Shown here piece after piece: positions 13,386-27,015 of a stretch of 64,000 nt of DNA. Below the pieces are notes generated by a model that made no database searches, was not told the DNA's origin, and saw only the letters and a list, made by a program, of their open reading frames with translations. The stretch lies in NCBI RefSeq assembly GCF_018977255.1, contig NW_024704743.1:59770001-59834000 (forward strand). The letters run 5' to 3'. This DNA comes from Callorhinchus milii (lineage: Eukaryota). Made by a program: the position numbers and the translations under genes. How positions within the stretch are numbered: the first letter of the stretch is position 1; the number at the start of each line of letters is the position of its first letter.

Positions 13386-15643
13386 TAGATATAATTGAGT
13401 TTTTTTTGCTTAAGTTTTCTCCAATTTCCTCCTTCCCCACCTTTTCTTCTGAAGATATGTGGTATGAAGCTCCTGAGGTATGATTCCAGGCTCGCCCAGG
13501 TGGCCTTATTCATAGTATAATGAGTTCATTATAAGTCTGGTGTTTGCTGTCAATGGAGAAACTGGTTACAATTGCTCAGGCAGTATTTACTCTGGTGTCA
13601 TTATTATTACATTATTTTACAATAAAAAGGGGCAGAGTATGAATAGATACATTTCACTGAGAATAGATTCCTGCAAATGTTTACTGACAGACCAGGGCAG
13701 TTTGGACTGCAAGACCCAGAATCTGCTTTAGCCTGTGGGCAGTGAGGTGGAGTGCATGTGTAAAGATAAAGTCGAAATAGACAAGTGCTTGAGATCTCCT
13801 GACGTTGTCAAATACTTTCCTTTGATATGTAAAATGTCTGTCTCTTGTGGGAAGATGAAAGAAGTGACGTAGGTGAAAGGTAATAAAATTAAGGATGAGT
13901 TGTGAGCTTGACGTTATGTGGTATCACATGATTGCAACTGGTCTTGTACTGCGTGTGCAGCAACACATAGCATGTGGAATATGAGCACTGGTAATTGATT
14001 CTAAATGCAGTCTTTGTATTGCACTCTCTTTCTTTGTTTTGATCATAATTATATATTATTTTACCAGTGTGAAAGAATACAATATCTCCTTTATATTATC
14101 CAGTTAAATTAACATTAATGGAAGCTCATTTGATTTTGTCTTCTATGAATTACTAGTAAATGGCTGATCCCAGGGTGGGCAACAGCGGGGCTCACCTGCG
14201 AATGAAGTTTATAGGAAGGTCCATTAGTAGTTAATGTAACTATACTTCGTGAATAAGTCTCTGTTTGTCTCTATGTGTTTCCCTCCCTCCCTTCCTTCTC
14301 TGTCTATGACTGCAAGTTTCTATCATCCTCTCTGTACCTACCTCATCTCCCTGCAGGCTTATTCTGCTTGTGTATTTCACTACATCTTTGCGTCCTCTCT
14401 CTCTCTTTCTCTCTCTCGCCAGTCTTTCCCTGTGAGGTTTTACATGTGAATCCTGGAAAGCGTTTAACACTCATTTTCTCTTTTCTGTTTCTCTCCTCCT
14501 AACACTCTTTTTTCTTTTATACCCAGTTACTCACACTCTGTATATATCGTTCTGTTCCCTGTAGAAGAGAAGGGAGTTTCTCCCAGTGTCCTGGACAACA
14601 ATCCCCCAAATAAAATTGGTCACTCACTTCATGGTTACTTATTGGACATTGTTGCGCATAAATTGGCTGCTGTGTTTGCCAACAAAACATACACTTATCT
14701 ATGAAGTTATTTGGGACATCCTCCCGATATGAAAGAACTATCTAACAAATGTAAGGATTATTATTATTATTAATAAATACAAACAACATAGATTACAGTT
14801 GAATGATTTATACATTTGAACCCTGCTTTTGGCAACCAGAGAGGGAGAAATTAGAGCCTCTGATGAAATTATTTATATAGATTAATCTTTTGCACCTCAC
14901 AGTTTTGCTGTACCTTCATTCAATGTTAGCAAAGGGTCACTGTGTGAACAAAAACTAGCACTTATATTTTTTAATCAGTTAAAGTGCTTCAAGCCATTTA
15001 TTTGTCACGGGAAAGGCCCTATATAAATGCAAGTTATTATTATTAGTCGTAGTATTATATTATAACTTTCACGCAGATGAAACTCTCAAAGCACTTCACA
15101 AAGACAATGATATCTTGTAAAGATTCACACTTTTCATGGTTGCAAGTGGGAGTGGAATTCAATAACGAGGAGAAGGGCTTCTGCATTGCTATAGATGATG
15201 GTGAGGGAGATGTTTACTTTTTTTTGTTACTTACACTTTCAGTCATATTTACACCAACATCCATTCAAAATAATCTGGCCTCTATCGGGGAAGCAACATT
15301 AACTGGAGTATAACATTTACCTGAGAATGGGATGATATAAGCCATTGCTTTTAAAATGTGCTTCTAAAGGCTCGCAATGTGGTGCTAAAGCGGAGGCTCT
15401 GTTTCTGCAAGCAAGTTGCATCTTTCTCGAGGAAAGTGTGGTGCCATTTGCACCTGCACAGAAATGCAATGAACATCATAAGCGTGCAGATGAACAAAAA
15501 TCAAGATTACACAGAGGCTTGCCTCTGCTGCCAAACATATAATAATAGTAAAATAATAATTCACAGGATTTTACTGTAAAGTGTAGTCACAGTGCATTTA
15601 CAGGCAAACAAGGCAGTCAATTTGCACACATCAACGTCCATTT

Positions 15644-15990
15644 GTGGCTGAAGGCTCTCCCGCCAATGGTGGGGCGGGTGGGTCGGGGGACACGGAGCAG
15701 GCCAGAGCCGGCTGAGCTGAGGGAGCGGGCGGGTTGGTAGGGGGTTAGGAGGTCGCAGAGGTAGGGTGGGGCGAGGCCATGGAGGGCTTTGTATGTGAGG
15801 ACCAGGATCTTGAACTGGATCCTCTGAAGGATAGGGAGTCCATGGAGTCGGCGAGAGTGGGGGAGATGGGGTCACGGAGTTTGGTGCGGGAGAGGACACG
15901 GGTTGCAGAGTTCTGGATTATCTGCAGCCTGTGGAGGGAGGAGTTGGGAAGGCCGACAAGCCGAACGTTTGCATAGTCGAACATGAACAA
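15644..15990 (-). mobile_element. Internal L2 fragment, very similar to ~39676-40027
   Basis: DYANVRLVGLPNSSLHRLQIIQNSATRVLSRTKLRDPISP; long near-identical stretches shared with the intron-2 copy. Confidence 0.93.
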
Positions 15991-18169
15991 AACAGTGCCA
16001 AAGTTCTAACCCTCGTTTAAAAGTAGACATTAGATTCCAGCCTTGTGGCTTCACAGTGTTACTCACTGTTTCAATTGTTTCAATTGTTGTGTTTTTATTT
16101 CAATTTCATTTACAGGGATACTGAAGTAAGTTTTCCTTTATTATTTGTATTTTCGCCACTTTTTCTTTATCTGCTAGGTGTCTGATTTCAAGACTTCAAG
16201 ACTTCGAGTCTGTTCTCAACTCATGGGCCACAGCCAGTGAGCAAATGAACAAAATAACTGTCACATTTGCTTGCAAACCCAGTCACTATAATTGACAGTA
16301 ATTACCTGCGAAATGCTTCCTGCCATGATAAGATGCTGCAAAAATTCAAGCACTTTCTTACTAGTTCTTTTACTTCTCAACCCCACCATTGTGCAGCGCT
16401 CTAAGACCCTATCCTGCATGTAAACGTAAGATGTTCTTATTGTTTTGCAATCAGATATTGGTCTGGCAAAGCCAAGAGCAGGGAGAACTGGATTAGTTGA
16501 AATCCCCACAGGAAAAAGAGAAGCCAAAAATTGAATGTTTTGTGGTATAACATATGCTGCCAGGAGAAATGCTGGAGTTGACACATGGGTTTAGTGGAGC
16601 ACCACCTCACCAGAGTGTTTAAGCTCAGTTTACAGACGTGCGGAATCCCCCTGTGCAGATGTCGAAGTTGCCTTTGGGAGCCTCTAACTGCTTGGAAATA
16701 CTGCCTTTGTCCAAAGCTTCCATCATTTTCTATCCTTATTGTTTTACACACTTCAACAATTTTTCCAATAATTATAAAAATAATAATCCACCACGAGACA
16801 CCTATTTGCCGGTCTGTAAGGTTTCACCCTGGGATTTGAGTGCGAAGGGAATAGAATCCAAACTATGGTGGCATTTACATGTAGTTTCCTCAGGGCAGCT
16901 ACTGTGTGTTATTTGAACAGCTGCTCCCTTGGCACAATGTTTCCATGCAGCAAAATGTTCTTTCAACACTGAGCATCTTGATGTTTTTTTTTCATGTGAG
17001 CTGATGCCAAACCTGCTTTCCTCTACTGGTAATAATTTTTTTAAATTACAGGTCACAGAGCTGTGAGTCTCTCGAAGTTCAGAGGTTTTATTTAGGTCAA
17101 AGCCACTGAACAGGTCAAAGTTTCTTGAACTTGGAATCAGATCTGAACAGTCACATACTTTTAGAGGTCAACTGGCAAGGATTTCTACTTTTCTTCCTTA
17201 AAAGGAATGTTCTGTTTTCTCCTTAAATTGGAAGTACATCTTTTCCTTGGCCTTTTTATAAGACCATAGTGAAAAGAGAATTAAAGAATCTTGCATCCAT
17301 TCGGTTAAACTAGACAAAGAAGCTGCTTTATAGGCAGCGTTATGCTTAACAAAAATAATTATACCAGCACACAGTCAAGAAGTAATTGCGGCTTTGGAAA
17401 GGCATTTATTTGTCAGGGGAGACAAAGAGAAAGCAACGTGAATGCTTCAAATCTCAACATGGCAATGCACAGCAACTCAATCTGGATTTGAAACAGAAAG
17501 ATAGGCTTATGTTTTTGGTGATCAAAGAGGTGTACCTTTCAGATGATGTTCGACCTGTTCTCCATTTATAATCTTTATGCATATTCCAGGCATTGTTTTA
17601 CATCGGATTAGTACAGATTAGATGGGATATCACTGTACCACTTTTATTCTGTAAATTCTTCCTCTTGAGAGTGTTTGCTTCGATTACATGATTTCAATTT
17701 TTAAGACCATCTCTGTGCAACTGCCACCACCCTCCAAAATTCATGCTTGGTTAGATTTGACAAGAAACTAACAGGGAGTTAAATACATGTCCTCTTCAAA
17801 CCATTTGGACACTTAAACAAACACCTTCAGTGACACATAATGAAACAAGAAAAGTGAGCAACGTTCATAAAAATTGCCCAACTCCCTCAGCGTGAATCAC
17901 TCCTTCTGCTTGCTCATAGCTGAGCACCAACAATAGCAGCTGAGAAATCTGCTGTCCAGATTATCCTGATCTCCAGGCACGAGGGTGGATTGTGTTGGGA
18001 AAATGGCATGACATGCTTCGCTGTCTCTTTGTTTGAGTTTAAGACATTATTTAATTACACATAGTCCCAGCACAGTTCATTTGTTATTTTTTTCACAAAA
18101 CTATTTCTCATATAATCTCCATTCTTCTCCTGGCCTCGGTATGCCTGGGTGGGCACAAACTGCCTCAAG

Positions 18170-18590
18170 TACCCCATGCAACCAGTTCTAACCAGACTCC
18201 ACTGGCTCCCTATCACCACATGGATCGATTTCAAGATCCTCACACTCGTCTTCAAATCCTTTCACTCCCTGGTACCTCCCTACCATTTCGACCTGCTTAC
18301 CCCCCAATCCACAACCCGCTGCCTCCGCTCGACTGGCTCCTGCATGTTCCTTGTGCCGTCCGTTCCGCCATCAGAATCCGCGCTTTCAGCCATTACGCCC
18401 TGAAACTCAGGAACACTCTTCCTCTATCCCTCTGCCACTGCCACTTCCTTCCCCATCTTCAGGTCGTGCCTGAAGACTTTCCTTTTTGACTGTGCCTACT
18501 GTCATCTCCCCACCTCCCCCCAGCTTGGCATTGTGCTCTGACACGGTCAAGCGCTCTGGGACACTACCCTGTGTTAGTTGTTGTTGTTGA
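18170..18590 (+). mobile_element. L2 LINE 3' end
   Basis: PVLTRLHWLPITTWIDFKILTLVFKS motif; ends in gttgttgttg. Confidence 0.88.
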
Positions 18591-19599
18591 ACAAAGCACT
18601 GTTCCTCCTCCATGAGTGAGACAGTGAGTGTTAGCAGGATACTCAATCACATAGAGTCTAAACCTGTTCTCAGATGACTTTCCCATACTTGCACTTTCCA
18701 GCAGGCATCACTGGACAGGAGAATGGCAACCTCGGTAGTTTTTCCCTTCACTAAGCCTGGCCACTGAGATCAATATTGACATCCCAACTCAGATCAGTTA
18801 ATACACTACATAATCTTCTCATCTGTCTAGCTTAGCACCACAGTAGGCAATAGCTTTGTCAACTGAACCATCAGAGCAACTCAAAACAGCTTATTTTAAG
18901 TTCCATTTATAGGCAGCAATTCCCATCTGCTGTACTTCTTTGGTTAATGGATAGATATATGAACTAGCATTTACAAAAAAAAAGGTGCACCATCTGCCAA
19001 CAGTTATGCCCACTTTTGTTCTAAGCGAGTTGAGAAGAGATTAATTTGGAGTGTGTTTCATGAATTATTCAACAGCATCGTAAGAAAAAATGTATTGCAA
19101 GCAAATGTATTCTCTGAAATAATTGTTTTTAAGAACAAGAACAAGCAGGAAAGGTAATTGTGTAAAGGGCACCGGAGTGCCTGGCACTGTGCCAGGTTTT
19201 CTTTATTGTTAAAACCGTCTAGTTCATTTACTTGTGTTTCTGGGTGCAACTGATAACATCTATGGTTCTACAATAACAACAATGGTCTAATGCCAGATCA
19301 TACAAAATGCTTTAATGCTGCTGTGTTGACTTCCTGTATTTTGGATGGAGGTCAAGTTCACTGGCTCCATATATACACAGACTGTGTTGCTAAAGCTGCA
19401 CTTCTGGCATAGCCACGAATGTATTTAAGTGAAATATTTTTGGGGTCAATTTTCTTCCTTAAAAAATCTTTGCATTTGATATAGTACCTTTCACAATGGG
19501 GGGACATCTCAAAGCATTTCACTGGATTCATTGTAATGACTGTGTGTTTTATAGGTGAATGTGGTAGTCAATATGCTGACTCTTGCTGGGGTACAGTTC

Positions 19600-19860
19600 C
19601 ATGAGTGTATCAGCTCACTGGTACCCTGCCCAAGTCGCCATTCATGTTTGAGTTTAGACAGTGAGTTTCAGAAGGCTAATCAACTATGGAACGCATCACA
19701 GTCAAGCTTGATCATGTTCTCATTCGATAATACATGTGCATTTCCAGGAGGATGGGGTCATTGGTTAGTAAATGTGAACTTTAGCTTATTTTTTCCTTCC
19801 CTAGCTGATCAGGAGCACTGGAGTTGTGACCGGGACACTGACTGAGATCGCGAACTCATT
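19600..19860 (-). mobile_element. Old SINE-like family C (also ~2255-2600 +, 6330-6420 -, 18660-18880 -, 24560-24825 -, 43170-43375 +)
   Basis: Recurring diverged motifs ctagggaaggaaaaat...cctgctcctgat...ctgctggaaagtg and tgtgctgagttagctgatct. Confidence 0.65.
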
Positions 19861-20532
19861 ATAGACTTTTTTTTTGGTCAGCCAGGTGTCTAACACATGC
19901 GGAAACCCATCAACATGCTTAATATTACCCAAACCAGACTGAGAGTTCTACATAAGTATGTCACTGTCACCTAAACATGGAAATGTATCTGTGTCTGAAA
20001 TTGAATCTACACTCGCTCTCTGGAGGAATGCACTCTGCTTACCTAAATCCAGAGGCACAGGTTGACAAGAGCCAAGGCTCAAAGACCCCAGAGTGTGCAT
20101 TAGAGTACTCCTGATGTTTGACCAGCTAAAGCCGCAGAGCTTGCCATTGAAAACTACTCTCTGACAAGGTAGGATTATGCATTAGTTCTTTGGCTTGCAG
20201 AGTTAACAGAAGCTAAGGGGGATGAATCCTTGCCCCTGAGATGAGTTTACTCCTTCACGTCCTACACATAAGCCATGCTGGATGGTCTGTCATCAACAGT
20301 GCCCTGGAGTACTGTGGACCCACCTGGCTCAGGAACTAAATTTCTAAGACCCCCTCAGAGGAATGACTCAGTTCCCACATTCCATGCCCAAGCATATAAT
20401 CTCAGCTCCAGGAAGAACTCACTTACCTCCCCCAGAAGGAGCATAGATCAGGGAATCAACCCTGTGATTGGCTGGTAGAACACCAAGCATACATTTAACC
20501 TCCAGGGCATCAGGGAAGGCCAAAATCCTACT

Positions 20533-20912
20533 TAATAATAATAATCCTGGCATTTGATATAGCGCCTTATCATGTCTTCAAAATGTTTCAAAGCGCTTCA
20601 CAGAATATTCTGTAAAGTGAATTGACTGTATATTTGTGGGGGTGAAACATGTCAGCCAATTGCACACAGCAGTGTCCCACAAACAGTCACGGATTGAGCG
20701 ACCAAATTATTTATTTATTTACCTATTTTGAAGGGAATATTACCCCCAGAGAAGCAATCTGCCAATCGAATAACAATTGCGTTCCTACTTACTGCTAGGT
20801 AAACACAGGCATGTTGTGTAAGGAAGCTTGCCTAACGTTTCCTCCTGCCGGGAATCGAATCCAGGTCATCTCACTTGCAAGGTGAATGCTCCAACCACTA
20901 AGCTACAGGACT
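20533..20912 (-). mobile_element. SINE family A, long variant
   Basis: Reverse complement of family A with an extra ~70-bp internal segment. Confidence 0.88.
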
Positions 20913-23900
20913 GCATACTTCTTCCTTTGTTTCACAATTAATAGGTTCAAAATCCAGGCAAGTTATTGTTGGTGCTTTCCTAATTCAGAGCAACATTTCT
21001 TTTGACTGCATTAGATTACTGCATTTGTGATGTAAACAATTTGTGATATGGACATTTCCTCCTATCAACATATACACATTTTCATATTCAGTATTGCCAA
21101 ATCAAGATTTAGTCCACCACAGTGATTTTAAAAAAGAAATTTATAACCCTTCAAAACAATGTTGCTTCTCCAAATAAAATAGCGTTATAGCTTACAAAAG
21201 CCAATTTTGCTTACGAATCTTTTATTTCATTTTATTGCTTTATTTGTTAGTTTTCTGTTAACATGTGCAAAAGTTTTTTTGTTCATAAAGAAATATTCAT
21301 GAAATGTTTTGATAGTATTGCTGATTGATTAATGTTTGGAAACTGAAGGGGGAATTCTGCTAAACTGTAATTTGAGACGTCTCGAAGACATGATAAGGAG
21401 CTGTATCAAATGCAAGGATTATTATTATTATCAAATCTCCTATGTTGAAACTTCTCACAGCAAGCTCTTTTCAAATGTTATTCCTGATTACATGATGCTA
21501 TTTATCAAAGTTCTCTGGGAGAAGGAAAAAAATGTTAGCTGAATGGAAAAAATAATATGTAATTTGAAGTCCAGATCCCCAATGGAATACTGCTGTGCAG
21601 CATCGGAAGGTAAGATGTGTTGTCAGGGTCAGGTACTTCCTGTGGAGAAGTCACCCCATGCACTCTAAACAGCAATTTGTTTAGCTGATGGCAGAACAGT
21701 TTGCCTACTTCTTTCTGGCATTGAGAACAGTGCAGAGAGAAGTAAAAAGCTGGAGAATTTATTTTGAAAGGAACCCCTTTCCCAAAAGTATTGTTGAATC
21801 CCAAATCCAAACAGTTTGAACCCTTCTTTTGTGTAATAAACATTGAGACTGTCTGTAACCGTTTTTTAATATAAAAAATACTTGTAGTTGGTATAGCACC
21901 TTATGTTAAAATGCCCCAAAACGCCTCACACACTAAACTAATTTTGATGTGTAGTGACTTATGTAGACAAACTTTTCAGACCAAATCTGATCACAAACAG
22001 TAATGACATGAATGACCAATCTTTTGGTAGGTGGGATTTTGGCTTGAACATTATTATGGTACCAAAGTAGTAGAAACATCTTCAATTATTAATATTCTTC
22101 ATTATTTACAACCTTCTTTAACCAAAAATGCTCTCTCACAAGTGTGAAATTTTCATTTCATTGGCAGTATGAATTCATTGAAGTTGCTTATTAAATTCAT
22201 TCCCATTTCACATCTTCAGGCAGAGAAACTTATCTTCAAACCATCAGTGAAATCTTCTTTGCTTTGACAATCACTTGGAGTCTTGTCCTTTGAAACATTT
22301 GGAATATTTCAACGATAGGAGAATACTGAGTATTCCATTTGCTGCCTGCAAAAGTCACAAAATGAGGGAAAATGTAAATTACAGACTTCCCACACAGTGC
22401 AAACTATAATCTTATCCCATATGTTGATATTTTTGTCAAAGTATTACTGACAAATGCTACAACTTCATTGATGCATGTCAAATTATTAGGAAATTATCTA
22501 CTCCCTGTTTTAGGAGTCATAAACATCAATGGTTATTTGACAGACTGATGCTCAATGCTTTGAGAGATAATACATTGATGAACAACAATGTCATGTAAAT
22601 CTACATAGATTTGCTCTTTATTTCAATGTGAATGAAAAACTGGTGAACATGAAGAAATGCTATGCCTCTCTGTAGCCCAGGTGGTTTTATTCTATTTTTA
22701 CTTGCATTCCTGATGGATGTGCTCATTTTAAAATAGTGCTGAATATATGTTTTAAATCCCTTTTTTTATAAAAAGGGCCTCAGACATATACATCTTTATT
22801 TTAAATCACAGCTGAGTTGTGCCTACTTTTGTGCAGTATGTTTTCACTGGAAGTTATACTATTACACATAATTAATACCCAAAGTGCCGTATTCAGTGAA
22901 TCTGTTGGAAGTATTTTTTGGAACGCTACTTTTTAATTATACAAAGATACAGTGTGTGATCAAAATAAAATAAAGTATTAGACAGCAACGTTACAAGGCT
23001 AAACAATTTATTTTATATTATTTTATATTTTCATGTTAAGAGGTCAACCCAAAGTGCAATCACAGTGCTGGCTGGGCACCCGGCTAGGGATATGAGACGA
23101 GGGGTGGGGAGGGGAAAAATGACTGAAATTATAGTCAAAGAGGGATGTTTTAAGATGGTGCCCTGAACGAGGGGAGGGGGCGAGTTGGAGGTACTCTTAT
23201 TCCAAAATGTGAAGATTATTGTTGTTATTATAATCCATTTTTCTGCCACTATCAAAATGGTTTATTGTGCCATCAGAGCAACAGAAATGTATCCACTTTT
23301 GTACTCTCAATGTTAAATATAAATGTTTATTTCTGCTATTCTTCACAATTTGAACAAGTTACTTTTCAGGATGTTTCATTCTCCAACTGTGGCTCAAACT
23401 TCAGGATGCCTTGGGGTGAATCAATCAGTAAATAGATTCTACTGATCACGTTTGATCCAGGCCTGGAGAATACTGGGGATTGAAAAATCACTCGTCAGGA
23501 AACTGGCAGTGTAAAAGTAAACTGCATCTCCTGCAGGGAACCCCATATATATCACACCAACCCTTGAGAGCTTCGCATCAACAACAACAAATTACATTTG
23601 TATAGCGTTTCATGTTGGGAGGACATCCCAAGGCACTGGACAGCCAGGGAATTTGGATCAGAGGGAGGGATTGGGATCAGGAGGGTGGAGGGCAGGGGGA
23701 TTAGGGGTAGGAGTGTGGAAGGGATGGGTAGGGGAGGAATATTGGTGAAAGCCAAGCTTTGACCTCGGAGGCTATAAAATACATGGCTAGTGAAAAAGTC
23801 AGCTTTCAACAGAGAGATCAAGTAAACTTTCTCAAGCTACAATCTGACCGACTTGAGTGTCAGTCAGTAAAGGTGGACAGACCTTCTAGTGTAGCAAAAA

Positions 23901-25722
23901 CAGGTGTGCTCAAATCGGTCATTATTATTGAATGTAACAAATAGTCCTTAACACTGGTCCCAGGCTTACTATTCACCATTACTGTAACAAGTCAGTGTCC
24001 TATACCTGAAAAGGCAAGTTACCACAACTAATGTTGATGATAGTCTGGAATTATCCAGTTTCAATAGTAGTCAGGAAATATATTACATTTATTATGTTAT
24101 GGGCAAAACCTTACTATAGTTATATTGCAAATTGTAATGAGCTAATGAGTGTTTTCTCTCTCTCCTTTTCCCAATGGAATTGACCAACATGGTCAATGAC
24201 CTTTGGTGGGGTTTGAGGGGTAAATATATACTGAATGGCTACCTGGGAGACATTATTGGGTGAGCCAAAATTGGAGTCCTCAATGATAGTAGCCGAGAGT
24301 AATGACTGTTGTAAAAGTATTACCTCCAGCACTCAAGATGACAGTGCTGATGAAAGAGGTTCTATTGCTCGGAGGTTGACGAGAAGGGTGTGGTTTGATT
24401 CCCCTCTAATTTTCCCTCCTCTCTGGGGAAGGATACGCCTCTGCTTCGATCCTCCCAGCAGTCCTCCCGTACCGTACCAAAATGTAAACAGTTATTAAAT
24501 ACCTCAGGTTAGACAACTAGTGCTGGTAGGCTATGTGACCTTGGAGAGGTGAGGAAAGGGGACATCGCAGTCAATCCCCCACATGTCCTCACCTAATGTC
24601 CATACAAACTCCAGCAGGGGTCACTTGACATCGATCAGAAGTAGAAATGTTCTTAAGTTTGTCCCTTCTTAACTTGTGGGCAATGAGTTCAATTAAAACA
24701 TGCCCTTTGCCACTCTGGCTAAGATCAGCTAACAGCACAGACTAGGACTAAATGTGGAACCTACCTGTATAGTTTGGTATTATACTGCATGGTACTTTTG
24801 CCCACCAAGTCAGCAGAAGAGCTCTGAACAGTTCAGATAATCCCTGTACAAAAGGGTCACGATTGTTGGATCGTCACTTGTTGCAACCCTTATTTTGTTC
24901 AAAAAGGTGGGGGGTTGTTTTTTTACATTTTATTAAAAGTCTGATTCTTTTGCATTCTCCGTGAGATTTTTGTTTTCTTGTTAAGCTGGTGGTGGTCTGG
25001 TGGATAAGTTACATTTGGAGAAGCCAAATTTTCAAAGTGGTCTTTCCTGTGTTTGTATTACTTTGCTAAATTCTAATGTAAGACATTTTGTTTTTAACAT
25101 TAACACTCCAGTACTTCACATCTGCAGGTATAATGTGAGAGAACTTCAACAATAATCCTGTTTTGAAACATTTTCTTTCTTGCATCTCAACCTTATAAAA
25201 CTATTTTTAAAAAATAGAAATAAATGTTACATAAAAATTGAAGTGTTTGAATCTATTTTCCTTTGATATTGGGACCACAATGCAATTTCCTTCAATCATA
25301 ACACAGTGGTGTTCAGTTTTTTACATGTTAGTATCACTGCACAGCAATTAACAGGCACATGTATTGTGCAGAAGTGAAGCTGCTTGTCTCTTCATCAATA
25401 TCTTGTAATACTCCTGTACTCTCCCTGCAGTATGGCCAGGAGGTAGCGATATTTGCTGATTCAAACAATTTTTTTTCAATGCATTTGAAACAGATTTGTC
25501 TGGAGTTCCAGACCGCCCATTTTTTTAACCTCTATAGGTTTCCTTTTTTAAAAAAACATGTGAAGTTAAGACTTTTGGATGCTGAATGAATTTATTAGCT
25601 TGGTTTAGTGGTTGTCTATTTTTTAAAAAAAAATCTGTGTACATTTCATACTTTTAACTTTCCACTTACAAAGTTCAACATTTTTAAGATAGTGGTAATG
25701 AGTAGCTGTAGTCAAACTGGCA

Positions 25723-25900
25723 TGGAGCCCCTTAGGTAGTGGCTAGCGCGCTCGCCTTTCGAGCGAGAGGATCCAAGTTCGATTCCTGGGCAGGACGAAA
25801 CCTTAGGCAAGTTTCCTTACTCCACCACCTATGTTTACCCAGCAATGAATAAGAACCTGTTTGTTAGTCGATTGGTGGATCGTTTTCCAGCGGTAATAAA
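25723..25900 (+). mobile_element. SINE family A long variant, 5' half
   Basis: ggagccccttaggtagtggctagcgcgctcgcc...gttcgattcc...gaaaccttaggcaagtttccttactcc. Confidence 0.8.
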
Positions 25901-26639
25901 GGAAGGAAAGGAAGGAAGAGAAGAATTAAAAATGAAATTTGACACTTGTTGATACATTTTCAATACCAGATATTTAAAGGAAAACAATGCTTAAGCAAAG
26001 CAATGAATCCTTAGATCAGAGCAGTCCATGCCCAATTCTAAGGAAGAGGAAGTATTAGCAAAGTCACGCAAGGTGTTCCCCTGCTGAAAATTCTTAAGTG
26101 ACATTAACCACAGCTCATTAAATAGGAGGACGCAAAGCTGAAATTCACAATACTAATTTTAAAGAGTGCAGCTCCTCACTCCACAAAACACCTTTTCATA
26201 AGCAAAGAATTGGCCCCTGCTGTTTGGCCTGAGAATGCATTGCTGCACTGGGGAGTGGGCAGGTCCAGGCAGGATGGAAGAGCAACAGCAAACAGAGCCA
26301 CATGGTGAGAGTGCCTTTCTTTGCAAAGGACTGAGCAAAATGATCTTGACAAAAACAAGCAATGACTGTCTGTAATACCTTTGAAAGGGAGGAAATGAAC
26401 TTTCAATCAATTGTGCACTGAATAAGGCTATTTGGAGAGCTCAAATAATGAAGTCCAAAATGATTATGATGCTGGATAGCAGCTTTCCTGATCTGCGTCA
26501 CTGACGTTTTTTTTTACATCGGTGTCATCCCTTGGCTTCTGGTGTATTGACAGATGGTTTGGAAAAACTGGGGCTGTTCAGTACCAGGTATCTCAGGAGG
26601 GAATGTAACATAATATAAGTGCACCTGAGTCCTATCCTT

Positions 26640-27015
26640 AGTATGTAGAGTCTTTTAGTGTAGGGGTTAGCACGCTCATCTCGAAAGTGAGAGGACCCGG
26701 GTTTGATTTCCAGTGGGGGCAAAACCTTATTCCACAAACCTCTGTTTGCCTGGCTGTAAGTAGGAACCCAATTGTTAGTTGGTTGGTGGATCACTTTCCA
26801 GCGGTAATAATCCCTTCAAAAATAAATAAATGAATAATAATTTGGTCACTCAATCCATGACTGTTTCTGAGACACTGCTGTGTGCAATTTGCTATTCCAG
26901 TTTACAGTCATTAACAGAATTGACACAGTCAATTCACTTTACAGTATATTCTGTCAGCGCTTTGAGACATCTTAACGACGTGATAAGCCGCCTTAACAAA
27001 TGCAAAAAATATTAA
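26640..27015 (+). mobile_element. SINE family A, long variant
   Basis: tRNA-like head, internal segment and shared tail. Confidence 0.82.
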
